Assembly: GCA_043228905.1 (NCBI GenBank)
Contig: JBHGNT010000020.1
Location: 7,998,001 to 8,062,000, forward strand
Length of the DNA: 64,000 nt
Direction: 5' to 3'
From: Azolla caroliniana
Taxonomy: Eukaryota > Plantae > Polypodiophyta
The position numbers and the translations under genes were made by a program. The notes under the pieces are model-generated. The model ran no database searches. It saw nothing but the letters and a program-made list of their open reading frames with translations, and was not told where the DNA came from. Shown here piece after piece: positions 1 to 12,400 of this stretch (its first letter is position 1; every line of letters begins with the position of its first letter).

Positions 1-2
1 AA

Positions 3-2078
3 CTCATCGTCACCGTAACCGAGGAATATGCATGGCCGGGTCTTTGGATCTAGCTTTCCTCTCCGGTCCTTAGCTACATGCACGTACGCGAGACACCCGA
101 ACACCTTCAGATGCCGGTAGGATACTTCCTTACCGGTCCACACTCTCTGTGGCGTGTCTCCGTCCAACGGTACTGAGGGTGATCTATTTATCACGTATGT
201 CGTTGTCGACAGTGCCTCAGCCCAAAACTTCTTGAGTAGTTTTGCATGCGCTAGCATACTCCGGACCCTCTCCATTATGGTCCGGTTCATCCTCTCGGCC
301 AGTCCGTTTAGTTCCGGCGTCTTCGGCACGGTAAATTCGAGCCGGATTCCCTTCGAGCGGCAGTACTCCTCGAACTGCCCCCGGTACTCTCCTCCGTTAT
401 CTGCTCGAACCGCCTTCAACTTCCGGCCGGTTTCTCTTTCCACTCTCGCGTGGAGCTCTTTGAAGACGGATAACACTTGATCCTTCGTCTTCAGCGGTGT
501 GGCCCACAGCTTCCAGCTGTGGTCATCTATGAACGTCACGAAGTACTGCGCTCCGGCATGTGACTTCGTGTCTACTTGACACATATCCGTATGCACCAAC
601 TCCAGTGGTGCATTACGTCTCATCGGTGGCCTTGATCGAAAGGAGGTCTGGTTTTGCTTACCGGCCAGACAATCAGTGCACTTCTCCAAGTGCACGTTCT
701 TCACTGGAATGAGGTTGTCATCTGCAAGCCTCTTCATCCCCTTCTCGCTCATATGACACAGCCTCTTGTGCCACAGCTCACCGGCAGTGTCGGATGTCAC
801 GTTCACTTCTTCCGGACATAACCGGGCATTCATCATGTACAGTGTGTTTACCTTCTGGGCCCAAGCCACAATCAGGCTCCCTTTGCTGAACTTCATGACA
901 CCGTTCCGGATGCTACCCATGTAGCCTTCATCATCTAGCCGACCGGCTGATATCAGGTTCAGACGAACTTCCGGAACGTGTCGGACATCCTTCAGCAGCA
1001 ACTTGCATCCGGTTGGTGTTGTCAGCCACACGTCTCCTATGCCGACAATTCGGCATGTCCCTTCATTTCCCATCCGGACACAGCCGTGATCACCGGCTGA
1101 GTAGGATGAGAAGCATTTCCGGTCCGGGGTAAGGTGGAACGACGCTCCGGAGTCTATCACCCAGGTCATCTCGTCGCCGGCAAGGTTTATTTCACTCTCC
1201 TCGGTGATGAGCATCAACTCTTCTTCACTTGCCGCGATTGCCGTCGTTCCCTTCCGGTCAGGCCCCCTCCAATCTTTACCGTTCCGGTTGGGGGTTTGCT
1301 TCGAATCGGTACCGTCGGTTTCCTTCTCTTTACGGAAATGCCGACAGTTCTTTTGGAAGTGACCCGGCTTGCCGCAATAGAAGCAAATGGGCCTCCCCCT
1401 TGACTTTGACCGTGTCCCCGACTTCTCCCGGTTCTGGGGACTACGGTTTCTATGTCTTCCGCGTTCCGATTCGGTAAGGAGCGCTTTGGAGTCGGAGCTC
1501 GTATCTTTATCCTTCCGACGCGCCTCCTCATCTAGCAAGCTCGACTTTACTCTTGCTAGGGATAACCATTTTCCTTCCGGCCCGGCGTTGCCCAAAGTGA
1601 CAACCAACGTCTCCCAGCTATCCGGGAGGGAACCGAGCAGGAGTAGCGCTAGTACCTCATCGGCAAGAGGTACTTCCAATGACGTTGCCTGGTGGATCAG
1701 CCCCTGGAAGGCATTCATGTGCTCCGCCATGCTGGAGCCATCTTGGTACAGGAGTCTTACTAGCTTCCGGAATACCGACACCTGATTGACAACATTTTTG
1801 TTCCGGAACATTATGCCGATCTTCTCCCAGAGCTCATGAACCTTGCTCTCTTCATTGAAGTTGTTGTACAGGCTCATGTCGATGAAGCACCGTATGTACG
1901 CCGTTGTCTTCATGTGCATCACCTCCCATATCGCGGCGTCGATTTTGTCCGGTCTCTTGTCCCCGAACTGAACCGGTAGCCAAAGGTCTTTAACAACGAG
2001 CATGTCCCTCATCTTCGACTTCCATACTGAATAGTTGGAGCCGGTGAGCTTGAACATTCCGCCAAATGATTCGTCCAT
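3..2078 (-). CDS. Copia Gag-Pol polyprotein, N-terminal part (Gag, CCHC knuckle, protease, GAG-pre-integrase, integrase); open to window edge
   Basis: Manual translation from ATG 2078: MDESFGGMFKLTGSNYSVWK..., CFYCGKPGHFQKNC, WVIDSGAS, LWHKRLCH, FVTFIDD, VRADNGGEY, PELNGLAER, CIFLGYG; no stop seen, hence absent from the ORF track. Confidence 0.9.
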   Translation of the reverse strand, partial: MDESFGGMFKLTGSNYSVWKSKMRDMLVVKDLWLPVQFGDKRPDKIDAAIWEVMHMKTTAYIRCFIDMSLYNNFNEESKVHELWEKIGIMFRNKNVVNQVSVFRKLVRLLYQDGSSMAEHMNAFQGLIHQATSLEVPLADEVLALLLLGSLPDSWETLVVTLGNAGPEGKWLSLARVKSSLLDEEARRKDKDTSSDSKALLTESERGRHRNRSPQNREKSGTRSKSRGRPICFYCGKPGHFQKNCRHFRKEKETDGTDSKQTPNRNGKDWRGPDRKGTTAIAASEEELMLITEESEINLAGDEMTWVIDSGASFHLTPDRKCFSSYSAGDHGCVRMGNEGTCRIVGIGDVWLTTPTGCKLLLKDVRHVPEVRLNLISAGRLDDEGYMGSIRNGVMKFSKGSLIVAWAQKVNTLYMMNARLCPEEVNVTSDTAGELWHKRLCHMSEKGMKRLADDNLIPVKNVHLEKCTDCLAGKQNQTSFRSRPPMRRNAPLELVHTDMCQVDTKSHAGAQYFVTFIDDHSWKLWATPLKTKDQVLSVFKELHARVERETGRKLKAVRADNGGEYRGQFEEYCRSKGIRLEFTVPKTPELNGLAERMNRTIMERVRSMLAHAKLLKKFWAEALSTTTYVINRSPSVPLDGDTPQRVWTGKEVSYRHLKVFGCLAYVHVAKDRRGKLDPKTRPCIFLGYGDDE

Positions 2079-2094
2079 TTTCTGTGTCGATTTT

Positions 2095-2106
2095 GCTCTG
2101 ATACCA
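2095..2106 (-). promoter_or_regulatory. Primer binding site (tRNA-iMet)
   Basis: TGGTATCAGAGC 2 nt downstream of LTR end. Confidence 0.92.
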
Positions 2107-2108
2107 CT

Positions 2109-2857
2109 TGACGGGAACCCGACATTCCTTATGCGCGACGCTCGGCCACAACCGAGCGTAGAAAGATACACAGAAAATGGGAAATAAAACACAACACAAA
2201 AGGAGAGGAAGATACACAGGAGGTTTGCGTGGAAAACCCCAAACTAGGGGAAAAACCACGGCAGCCCACAGGCTGCAAACTGTCACTATGTAAGAATGTA
2301 CAAAACAGTGAGTTCACAGAGGCAACGACCTCGAACTCACGATCTTCGCCACAGGCGGCGGTTACAACAGAGGCAGCGACCTCTTTCTCTCTCTCTCTCT
2401 GTACAACGTTACGTATTGTCTCTGCTTCTTGCACCAACAAGAAAATGACAACAACAGTTAAAAGTTTTCCCTAAGTCATATTTATACTAATATGACTTTT
2501 CGGCTATTTACAAATGTAGCCTCGATGGGCTCTCAGAAACATATTTACGAATATGTCTCTTCATCCGGTTCATACCGGACCTGCACCATCTGGCTCTCCG
2601 TAGCCGGGTACTCCTCATCCGGTTCATACCGGGCCTGCACCATCGGCTCTCCGTAGCCGGGCACTCCTCATCCGGTTCATACCGGGCCTGCACCATCCGG
2701 CTCTCCGTAGCCGGGTACTCCTCATCTGGTTCATACCGGGCCTGCACCATCCGGCTCTCCGTAGCCGGGTCCTCCTCATACGGTTTCGGCCTCGGCCGAG
2801 TTTGTTCATCGGCACTGTTCTTCTTCCTTCCCATCCGGAGGGACCTGTTTCCCAACA
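2109..2857 (-). repeat. 5' LTR of copia element (related to LTRs at 54927-55603, 56753-57350, 60973-61523)
   Basis: TG...CA termini; shared blocks such as TATTAGTATAAATATGAC and GAAACAGGTCCCTCC with the other LTRs. Confidence 0.9.
2560..2780. repeat. ~54-bp tandem repeat (~4 copies) in LTR U3
   Basis: Unit CCGGTTCATACCGGGCCTGCACCATCCGGCTCTCCGTAGCCGGGTACTCCTCAT repeated; gives the 18-aa period in ORF 2508-3227. Confidence 0.9.
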
Positions 2858-5617
2858 TAAACACATGTCCCACCTTTCGTGGGTCTCTAATCATTGGCTC
2901 TGTGGCTGCTTCTTTGATTGCCCTTTCACTATCCCCTGGAAGTCGAGCAGCAATAGGACGAACCTTCATCTCCATTGTTTTGTACTTTGTTAAGACATGT
3001 GACTCATGATCCTTTCGAGAAACTTCTTCAATGACCTCGTCCATCTTGATCGAATGGACAGGAACTTGAATTTTGTTGTCGTCCTCCATTGCTTTCAGAT
3101 GAGTTATTGTATCTTCAAAACTTAATTCTTCAAACATATCCTGAATTTCTTCATCATCATCTATTAATCCAGAACACTTAAAGTACTCGAAAGCATTTTG
3201 TATTTTATCATTATCTACGTTTAGCATAAAAGTAGCACCACTAGATGAGATTGTACAAGGAATATCTTTATTTACATTATTATTTATGGGGTTTTCTTTT
3301 ATGTTTCGGCTATCACAGCCCCTACTTGTAAAAGCCCTATCTAAAAATCCTGGGAAAATTCTTCATCCACCTCCCGAACTGGATGTTCCCTCAAACATTC
3401 TTTATTTCTTTCGTGGTTGGGCCTCATGGTTAAGAATTGAACTATCTTTCTTCCATCTTGACTCTTGATTCTCGCAAAAGCCGAACCATCATCAATCACC
3501 TTTGTTTCCATCCTGACTGCAGTGATGTAAGGATGACCAAGGATGACGGGGTAGGTTGATCGATCCTACACAAAGAAATTTTGACTCACCGACATATCAC
3601 CAATTGTTACCTTCACATTGGGGCATGCTCCGAATAGATCCTTCGTAGTCTCTGTGGCAGCTCTTATCTTCCACCCATGATTCTTGTCGATCGGCCACCG
3701 TCCTTGAGCGTAAAATTCCGACGACATCATGTTAATCTCAGATCCATAATCGATCAAAGCAATACATGGAATTTGTTGCTCCCCAATTTTTGCAGGGGCC
3801 TTCGTTGTTGCTTGAGCCCAATGGTCCCTTGTATAGTGACTCATATCCTCTTCATGAACCCCAACATCATTTCTGATTTTTGCACTTGCAGTGTTAATGG
3901 TACCACCATACAAATCTCAAAGTGTTGTTGCACACCCTCCCGTAACTTCCTCCGTCACCTATCTCTTTCTTCTAATAATATCTATGATAACTTCATTAAA
4001 TTCTTTCTTTGCTATACCCAACACTTCTCTTAAAGTAAATTCTACTTTACTATTTAAATTCTTGTTTCTAATACCTTTTTTATATCCGTCGTTGTTTCTA
4101 TGTCTAAAGCAAGCTTGAAAGATGGACCTGTCTTCCCTTTTACTCTATCAGCTTCTTTCGTCTCAGGAGCACCCTTTTCCAATATCCCTTCTTTTTTGTT
4201 CTCGTGTCTCATGTTTCTTTGCCAGATCAGCCTCATCAGCTCTCTTTCGCTTCTCTTCCACTAGTACCTCTTGTGAATTCACTTGGGCGAATGATGATAG
4301 TGCATCCACTGGATCATTCCATCCAATGAAGTTCCGTATTTCATCTCCTGCTCTTTTTAATTCATCCACTCGAACCTTCCCTTTTCTTGCATAATCCATC
4401 ACATCTTGCCAAAAGCCAGATCCACCATATGAGTCTTCTACACGCAACCCTAACGTTGCGATGGATTGTATCGCTTGAGTTGTTTCTCTCTTGGCATCTT
4501 CCATTAGCTTTTTCATTCCACCTCGCCCGAAGTTGAGTTGAAGTGGTTGTCGAGTCTCAGTCGAGTGAATCTTACCATCTTGATAATAGATTTTATCATG
4601 ATTAAGAGCATCCCTATGTTCTTGACGGTCTTTCTTCTGATGGTCGATACTGTCACACCACATACACCTTCGGACCATTCCACCTCCTTGCCTTGACGAA
4701 GTTGAGCTTTGTCCCGATTCTAGCTTCGTCACTTTGATCAACAAGTCTTTCATGCCTTTCACCAACTCATGCAAGAGTGAATCTTCTATTTTCTTCTCTC
4801 CCGAGTCGTTTCCCGTTTCGTCTCCCTTCCTCTCCGGCAGCTCCATAAACCATAACTTTCTTTTACAAAAATGGACGCAATCCCTTTTCACCTCCTCCCA
4901 GTCTTCGGTAAGTCCATTCAGACTATTCTGATCTTCCAGAAGCATTCCCAAGTCTTTCCTATCTTTAATATTAGTAGCTTGTAGAAACAATATTATTTTA
5001 TCTGGCATTATTATGTTTCTATCCCTAACATTTAATTGCTCAAATCTTTCTGAAAACTCCTTTAGCACTTCAAAAACACATAAATGTTTGTCAGACTCTA
5101 CCCAATCCATGAAAGCTCGCCTTGTCATCCTTGACATATCGTTGAGGTTGTATTCATTGAGTAATGCTCTTTCGAAAGACGCCCATGTTTGATGCTCCAT
5201 CTGTAGCTCCTAGATTCTTTGTTGTAGCCCAATCGTAGAGACTCGACTAAAGCTATTAATTTTGGTAGCTTCATCGACACCACGTTTAAGCATTTCTTCA
5301 TTGTAAATCTTCAAAAATCTTGTTAAATTTATACCTTCGAAGATTCCTACTCGTGCCAAAATATTGTCGACGACTTTGTCGACGCTTGCCATCATCCCTT
5401 GCTCTTGCATCATTTGTTCCATCATCGTACACATAAGCCTCATTTGCTCCTCCATTTTTCCTTCATGCTGCCTTCACGTCGGGTTCACCCTTTCCCTCAA
5501 TTGGGACTTGCTACTTCCCTTTCGTGTGTCCTTTAGTTGTATGATGTCCTTGTTGATGCGTCCTTCTTTACAACCAAGACATAATGTGACCCAAGCCCTT
5601 AATAGAACGTGGGTCTA
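2858..5617 (-). mobile_element. Degenerate Ty3/gypsy (non-chromovirus-like) internal region: gag, protease, start of pol
   Basis: ORFs 5210-5455, 4163-5200 (CMWCDSIDHQKKD knuckle-like motif), 3566-3913 (ALIDYGSEINMM protease); homologous to 48360-49600 and 51300-52730; stops and frameshifts. Confidence 0.8.
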
Positions 5618-6080
5618 TGTGATAGGTATGAAAGCGTGAGAGTGTAGCGAGCATCATGTTTAAGATAGAATATTAAGGAGCAATGATCAAATAAAAACAC
5701 AAAATGCACAAAGTGATACAAGATAGATGACACAATATTTAATGCAAAAAAACCCTCAATGAGAGAAACAACCATGGCACAAAGTCCAAAACAGTCCACT
5801 ATCAACAAAGAGAATACAACGAAGATACAAGCTCTACCTCTAGATATGCTATCTAGAGTGAAGTAGAGGTATGTAGAAAGTAACACTACCTACAAAGTGG
5901 GGCCAAAATACCAAAGAATAACAATTGCACTCACAAACACATGAGTGAGAGAGAAGAAACCAAAATGATGAAGCCCACGGGTCCGCGTAGAAGAAGCGTA
6001 ACCACACGTTGAGTAGTGGAGTTGGATGATTGAGGACTTGAGCACCAAGTTTGTTATGTGTTGTTCTCAGCTTTGTTGTA
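5618..6080 (-). repeat. LTR-like fragment (boundaries uncertain)
   Basis: Non-coding, LTR U5-like motif (GTTGTTTCTCTCATTGAGGGTTTT on minus), ends CA at 5618 next to the gypsy leader. Confidence 0.4.
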
Positions 6081-6099
6081 ACGCCTCTCTTCTTCTCGT

Positions 6100-7166
6100 T
6101 TTTGTTCTCTGGAATCCAACAGTCACGTTTGCACATCTTGCACATTGTATAGGACTTCACCGGTCGACGATTCCTCCAGGGCAAGGATTTCTCCGTACTG
6201 AGATTCAGCAATATTGTCTTGGTTGCCATTAGGAGAATGGTTCAAATCGGATTGTCCTTGTGTCCGATTGAATCGTCGACCATTCTCCTTTCTCTTTATC
6301 GACCAGCAATCAGAAACTTTGTGACCGGTCTTTCTACAATGAGTGCAGAAATCACTTGTTCGACTATTCCTCGACTTTGACTGCAATTGATCTTCATTCC
6401 TCCTCGATGGACTAGTACTTCGGTTGGCTCTTCCGACTGGCTCAGTCGAGTACTGAGCTTTTGCCGATTCATCGATGGTGAGTCCCATTGATTTTCACCG
6501 AATGTCCTCAGTGAGGACTTGTTCGATCATTTTGTCCAAATTCAGCTTTGGACATTTGTTGGTGAATGTCGTGCAGAATACCTCCAACTCATCGGCAAGC
6601 TCAAAAGGAGGGCAAGGGCTTTCACTTCTTCTTCAAAGTTAATCCCTTGGGAAGAGAGCTCAGACAACACCCGGCTGAAGGTGTTGATGTGGAAGGTTGC
6701 CCAATTCTTCTCTCTCATCATCATGTTGAATAACTGTTGAATCAGTATAAACTTCGATGAGGAGGATTTTTTCTAGTATACAGCCTGAAGTTTCCCTCAC
6801 AAAGAGAATGTTGTCGTCCTCTTTGCCATGTTGAAATACATATTCTCGGCCAGATGCATCCGAATGGTTGATCTGGCTATCTCGTCCATAGATCGTCATT
6901 CTTCAGTAGACATTGAAGTCGGCTTGGTGTTGTGCCGAATGGCTTCAAGTTGTCGTTGGATGATAAGAGCATTTTGCATCATTTCTTTCCAAAGGGCGAA
7001 GTTCTTTCTGTCAAACATCCGGATTTCCACATTCTTGCAAGACTGTGTCACCATTTTTCTGAAAGTAGATGTTGTTGACCTAGTCTTTTTCTCAACCGGA
7101 TAGCTTCTCTTCTAATATTTTCTATTGTTCATTACCACCAGACAACAAGTTCACTCTGATATCACT
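6100..7166 (-). mobile_element. Degenerate copia gag fragment with decayed PBS; presumed 5' LTR begins at 7167 (far end not defined)
   Basis: ATG 7054 MVTQSCKNVEIRMFDRKNFALWK, ALLLSLPMSW, CTHCRKTGHKVSDC; PBS TGATATCAGAG at 7164->7154. Confidence 0.82.
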
Positions 7167-9448
7167 TGTTTTCTATGATATGAGGAAGGATATGTGAGAA
7201 CCTTTAAGAAGATGTGTACAACAAGCAACACAGACAGAGTATAGATATGCAAGAAGGTAGAAGGTAAGGTAGACATGATTTAGCTCTAATGGTAAAATGC
7301 ATTTCTCTTCTGTAACTCCACCTCTCACAATGTTACAGATGGGTTTATATATACATAAGCCCTATTAAACTCGAAGATGTGTTCATACTAAGGATACAAA
7401 GTGGACGGAGTTGGCCTTTTATGCCAACAATTGCTTAGCCGAATTGAGCACAGATGAGGCCGATCAAAGGGTCGATCACAGATGAAGCACTAATGGTGTC
7501 ATTGCAGTATCGATCTTACTCCGAGTGACTACAACGAGTGAATAGACAACGCCGACTAGCCTGTCTGAATGTCGCTTAGCTGGATGGAGCACAAATGGTG
7601 GTGATGTGATCAAGATTCCACTCTGAGCGACTACAACTACAGAGAAGAAGCACAGCCAACACAGCCAGCTAGCCTACTTGAATGGTGGTCTAGATCAATG
7701 GAATGTGAATCGGTGAGGTATCTCTTCTCACGGAATATGATCTTGTAAGTTTGTCGATCATAAGATCTCTTTCCGACAAGGATCTTGAATCTACTCCAAC
7801 AGTTGGATCAACGTAAAGTCCTTAGGGAGTGTGTAACAAGAGTGCTGGTGAAGACAAATGACGTCCGACATTAGAATGAAGAACCTTCGCTCTAATACTG
7901 GATGTTCAAGATGAGGCCGTCTGGATGTGGAAACAATAGCAGCACTATGAGATGGAGATCAACAAGTTGGTGATAGATTATGGAACATACACAAAACGCA
8001 ATCCTGGTGGAAAAATAGGCTTACAAGCTTATGGAGCTCTGGTCTTCCACTTAAGCAAAGGGTATTCCTATGGAGATGCCTATTGGGTGTGCTCCCGACT
8101 AGGTCGAATCTTCAAAAGATATCGATAGCCTCACCGCATTGTGCAAGATGTGGTCAACGATTAGAAACAGTCCCACACTTACTATGGACTTGCTCATTCA
8201 CTACAACATTTGTACACAGATTTCCTGGCTGAAGGTTTCATAAACACTTTTGGATATTTGGACAAATTCCATGCGCCCTATCCAACAATGCCTATTTTTT
8301 CTAATGGACACGATTTTGGGCACTCTGGACCATTTGGACTACCCGCAATAATAAGGTCTTTAATCGAAACCAACTGCATGAAGTTAGCTTCTTTAAGAAC
8401 TCCCTCAGGCAATCTCTATTTTATTGTCTACAACTTAGAGACATCACACTACAAATTTACAATCTTTACTTTGAGTGCTTTTAAGCTCTTTAGTGTCTAA
8501 TCGACACTTGTATATTTTTCTTTATTCTTTGTGGGTTTTCACCTCACTTTGAGGTTTCCCACTAGTAATAAAAGTGCTACTAAAATAAAGATAGATTAAC
8601 AAGATAAAGACAACTTAGTAGAGATCAAGATCAAGAAAGAACAGAGAATGAGAGGGAGACAGAGATACGCACAATAGTGTAAATATATTATTCAAACTAA
8701 GTTACAATACAATATGGCAGCAACCCAACCCACTTGAACTAGGTTACAAGTTCATTTATATACAATTGAACTAGGGCAACTACACTTTAGTCTAATTACA
8801 TAAATGTCCTAAACCTAGTTTGTCTAACTGGGATGGTGTCAATACAACCATTATGTACCCGTATTCAACACTTTCTCTATGAAAAGAGAAGAATATGGCT
8901 TATTTCGGGTCACTCGTTTTGGGTTTTGGGAGTGCACCATTTCAAGTTGGTGTTTCTACTTATTTTGACTCATCTTGTTCTTCTTCTCAATGTAGCATGA
9001 GGAGACTACATCAACACAACGTCGGAGTAGCCATTGATGGTAGGCAAGGCCTCGTCGAAGATCATGCAACTCGGATCCTTACCACTAACTTAACCATTTC
9101 TATTTCTCTTGAAATTGTTCATTGTAACAACTTCTGATAACCAATTTTGTAATTATCATTGCTAAATGTTGTAAATCCTACTTTATAAAGGGATTTCTTG
9201 TATAAATTAGCATTTTGGTGTTATTATGAGGTCATTTTGGTGTTAATCTTTTGTATTTTTTGTTAATCAACAGTATTAAGAATAATCTTGTGTGCTAATC
9301 ACTCCCAAACTATCACAAGGGAGAGTGTATGTATGTGAGAAGAGTAACACAATAGCCAGTTTTTTTTCCCAAAAAAGATACTACATTAGTATTAGAAAAC
9401 GTCATTAGGCTAAACATACACGATATGCCATTGATCCCCTACGTTTTT

Positions 9449-12400
9449 CTAAATTCTAACCATCGGCTTAAATAAATATTTATGTGTTGAGTAGAACCAC
9501 TCCGCCTTATCAAAATGTTGTCTATAAAATATACCTATGTCCCAAATGGCATGAAACTCCAAACGCTTAAGCTCTGCTTGATGCGTATTACCTTTTATAA
9601 TATCCAAAAACCCTCTGAGATTATGCACAATCTCTATCCAAATTCCTGAAATTATTTGGGTAGGTCTTTCAGTTACATTTTGAAATACCTTCAAACATCA
9701 AGCCTTCCAAATATACCAAATTGTAATACTACGTACCACTTGCCATATTTGAGGTTTATCAGTTTGTATTTGTGGATTCAGAGGGATCAATTTTTTTTCC
9801 ATCAAACCATGTCTCATCACAATAGCATCTACAACCTCCTCCTGTTTATATACCATAGGTTTATCATGTACCATCGCCCATAATATTGCACCCCATGTAT
9901 ATACTACTTTAGGATATACTAGAGTTAATAATTTTATGATTCATTTCCATATGTCTAGAGCAAAACCACAACTCCACAAACAATGTTTAGCAGTCTCTAT
10001 TACATCTGTACAGAAAGGGCACATCTTGTCTACATTTCCTTTTCGCCACCCATTAACTGGTATAATAGCATTATGAACCAACAACCATCGAAAACAAACA
10101 ATTTTCCTACTTATCTTTATACCCCATAGCATTTCCAAAATTATTTGAGATGTTGTGGAGAAAGTATATTTCGTCTCCCAACAACATTTGCAATTGGTTC
10201 TTTCCATGATCTAGCACCTAATATTTTTCCTATCACAGAATATTGAAAGAATGGCACGTATTTGATGTGATCTTGCACCCACACCTTCCAATAGAGTTCT
10301 CCAGGATCCAAGTTAATCTAGATATTGGTCTCCTTTCCATAATCCAAATCCTCCAAAAATAATTTACCTTTTGAGGATCCGGGTCTAAGACCCAATTTGA
10401 TCCATCATTTGCAATCACCCTCACTTCTTTATGCAAACAAAACCTAAACAAATCATTTTCCTTAGGTGTAAAGATTAACCTACCATCATCTTGTACATCA
10501 AAACTCATACACTCTTGTTCCCCAATATAGGCTTTAGGCTTTAACTCCAATTAAAACATCCAATGGAGTAAATAAACCCATCCACTTCTGTGTAGCAGAT
10601 CCAATTTGCATCTGAATATTAAAAAGGGCATTTTGTATTGCAGAATACATTATCTTCCTACCCCTCATATTACTAATTAGTATCATTTGTTGATCTATAG
10701 GTTTAGACAGAAATGTTGTTCATGCACCTATAGACTGTGTTGACCCACGATCTAATTCTTCCCATGCACATCTAGTATGCATTCCCAACATTTGTCCTCT
10801 CTGGTTAGTCAACCATGAATTCCAAATCAAGGGTTGTCTACAGAATTCAGATTCTGTTTTTGGCAATGTCTTAACTAAATCAAGAGAAATATATTTCCAT
10901 GCATTAAGAACACATCGACAAATCTCTCTTCCCAGTTTGTGGCAATAACCAATTTGTTATGTTCCATAAAAACCTATCTAAAACTAGGCCTCCAATCTCC
11001 ACCAATTTTGGGACAAAACTTTTGCAATTCATAAAACAACAATTGTTTCCAAGGTTCCAATCCTAGCAACAATCCTCGAATCACCAATTTTGCAATCAAA
11101 GCTTTGGACTGTTGTAATGGATTTACAATCCCTAATCCTCCTCGATCCAATGGCTTAACAATTGTGGACCATCATTACCAGACCACAAATAATTTCGGAT
11201 CAATCTTTGTAATTGTCCCATACATGATCTTGAAAAACTCCAACATGAAATAATATACCAAAGACTAGAAATCAAAACTTGATTAACGACTATCACTCTA
11301 CCCGCAAATGTTAGTTTAGCTTTACTCCAAAACAATAGTTTTTCCTAATTTTCAATAACAAAGAAGCAACATGAATTTCTGAAAAAATATTCAAACCTAC
11401 TTGACAGCCCAAATATCTAACTAAAGTGCCCTGAGGAATCCATCGAAAATTTGGATGAGGACTCCATTGTGGATTTGTGGAATTGGACGACACCAAAAAA
11501 CCCACTAATTTATTCCAATTAATTGATGCACCTAAAGCCATACAAATTTTTTGCACTGTTGTGTACATTTTCTGCAGATTATTATTCTGACCATCCAGAT
11601 ACAAACTTGTATCATCAGCAAATTCTACATCGACAACATTAGTCCCATCAATGGGCATTGTTATTCCTTTCAATCCAACCTCTTCAGCAGTCAAAAACAA
11701 ACTCATCGCTTCAGCAAAAAACAAAAATAAATATGGTACAAGTGGACATCCTTGTCGTACACTTTGGGAATTTGAAACTCATCACCTTTAACCCTTCCTG
11801 CCAAAACATCCAGATACAAACTTGTATCATCCAGATTATTATTTTGATCATCCAGATACAAACTTGTATCATCAACAAATTCTACATCGACAACATTAGT
11901 CCCATCAATGGGCATTGTTATTCCTTTCATTCCAACCTCTTCAGCAATCAAAAACAAACTCATCGCTTCAGCAAAAAACAAAAATAAATATGGTGCAAGT
12001 GGACAGCCTTGTCGTACACTTCAGGAATTTGAAACTCATCACCTTTAACCCCTCTTGCCAAAACAGAACTGCACGTTGAATTATACAGAGAAGACACTCC
12101 TATCACCCATTTCTCCGGAAAACCTAGTCTTACCAGAGTACCCTGACGGAACTCCCAATCAACTCAATCATATGCTTTTTCAAAGTCTAGTAACAAAATC
12201 ACTAAATCCTCTTTTTTCTTACGAGCCAAGGCAATGGCTTCCCAAAAAAAGGACAAATTATCCAGTATACTTCTTTCCTGAATAAAACCTGTTTGGGTGA
12301 TATGAATCAAATCATGTAAGAAAGGTTGCACTCTCAATGACAATGTTTTTGTGAAGATTTTATATATTGTATTTAGCAAAGTTATTGGTCTCCATTTTCT

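Larger units (their letters stand above)
1..2857 (-). mobile_element. Ty1/copia LTR retrotransposon, 5' half (3' half beyond window start), inserted into a gypsy pol relic
   Basis: 5' LTR 2857->2109 (TGTTGGG...CGTCA on minus), tRNA-iMet PBS TGGTATCAGAGC at 2106->2095, gag-PR-INT order in one frame. Confidence 0.95.

Noticed and set aside
2560-2780. CRISPR-like periodic array
   Set aside because: Head-to-tail repeats with no unique spacers, inside an LTR, no cas genes, eukaryotic context
2508-3227. 239-aa ORF with PATESRMVQARYEPDEE repeats
   Set aside because: Chance fusion of gypsy pol with the inserted copia LTR; the periodicity comes from the 54-bp U3 repeat
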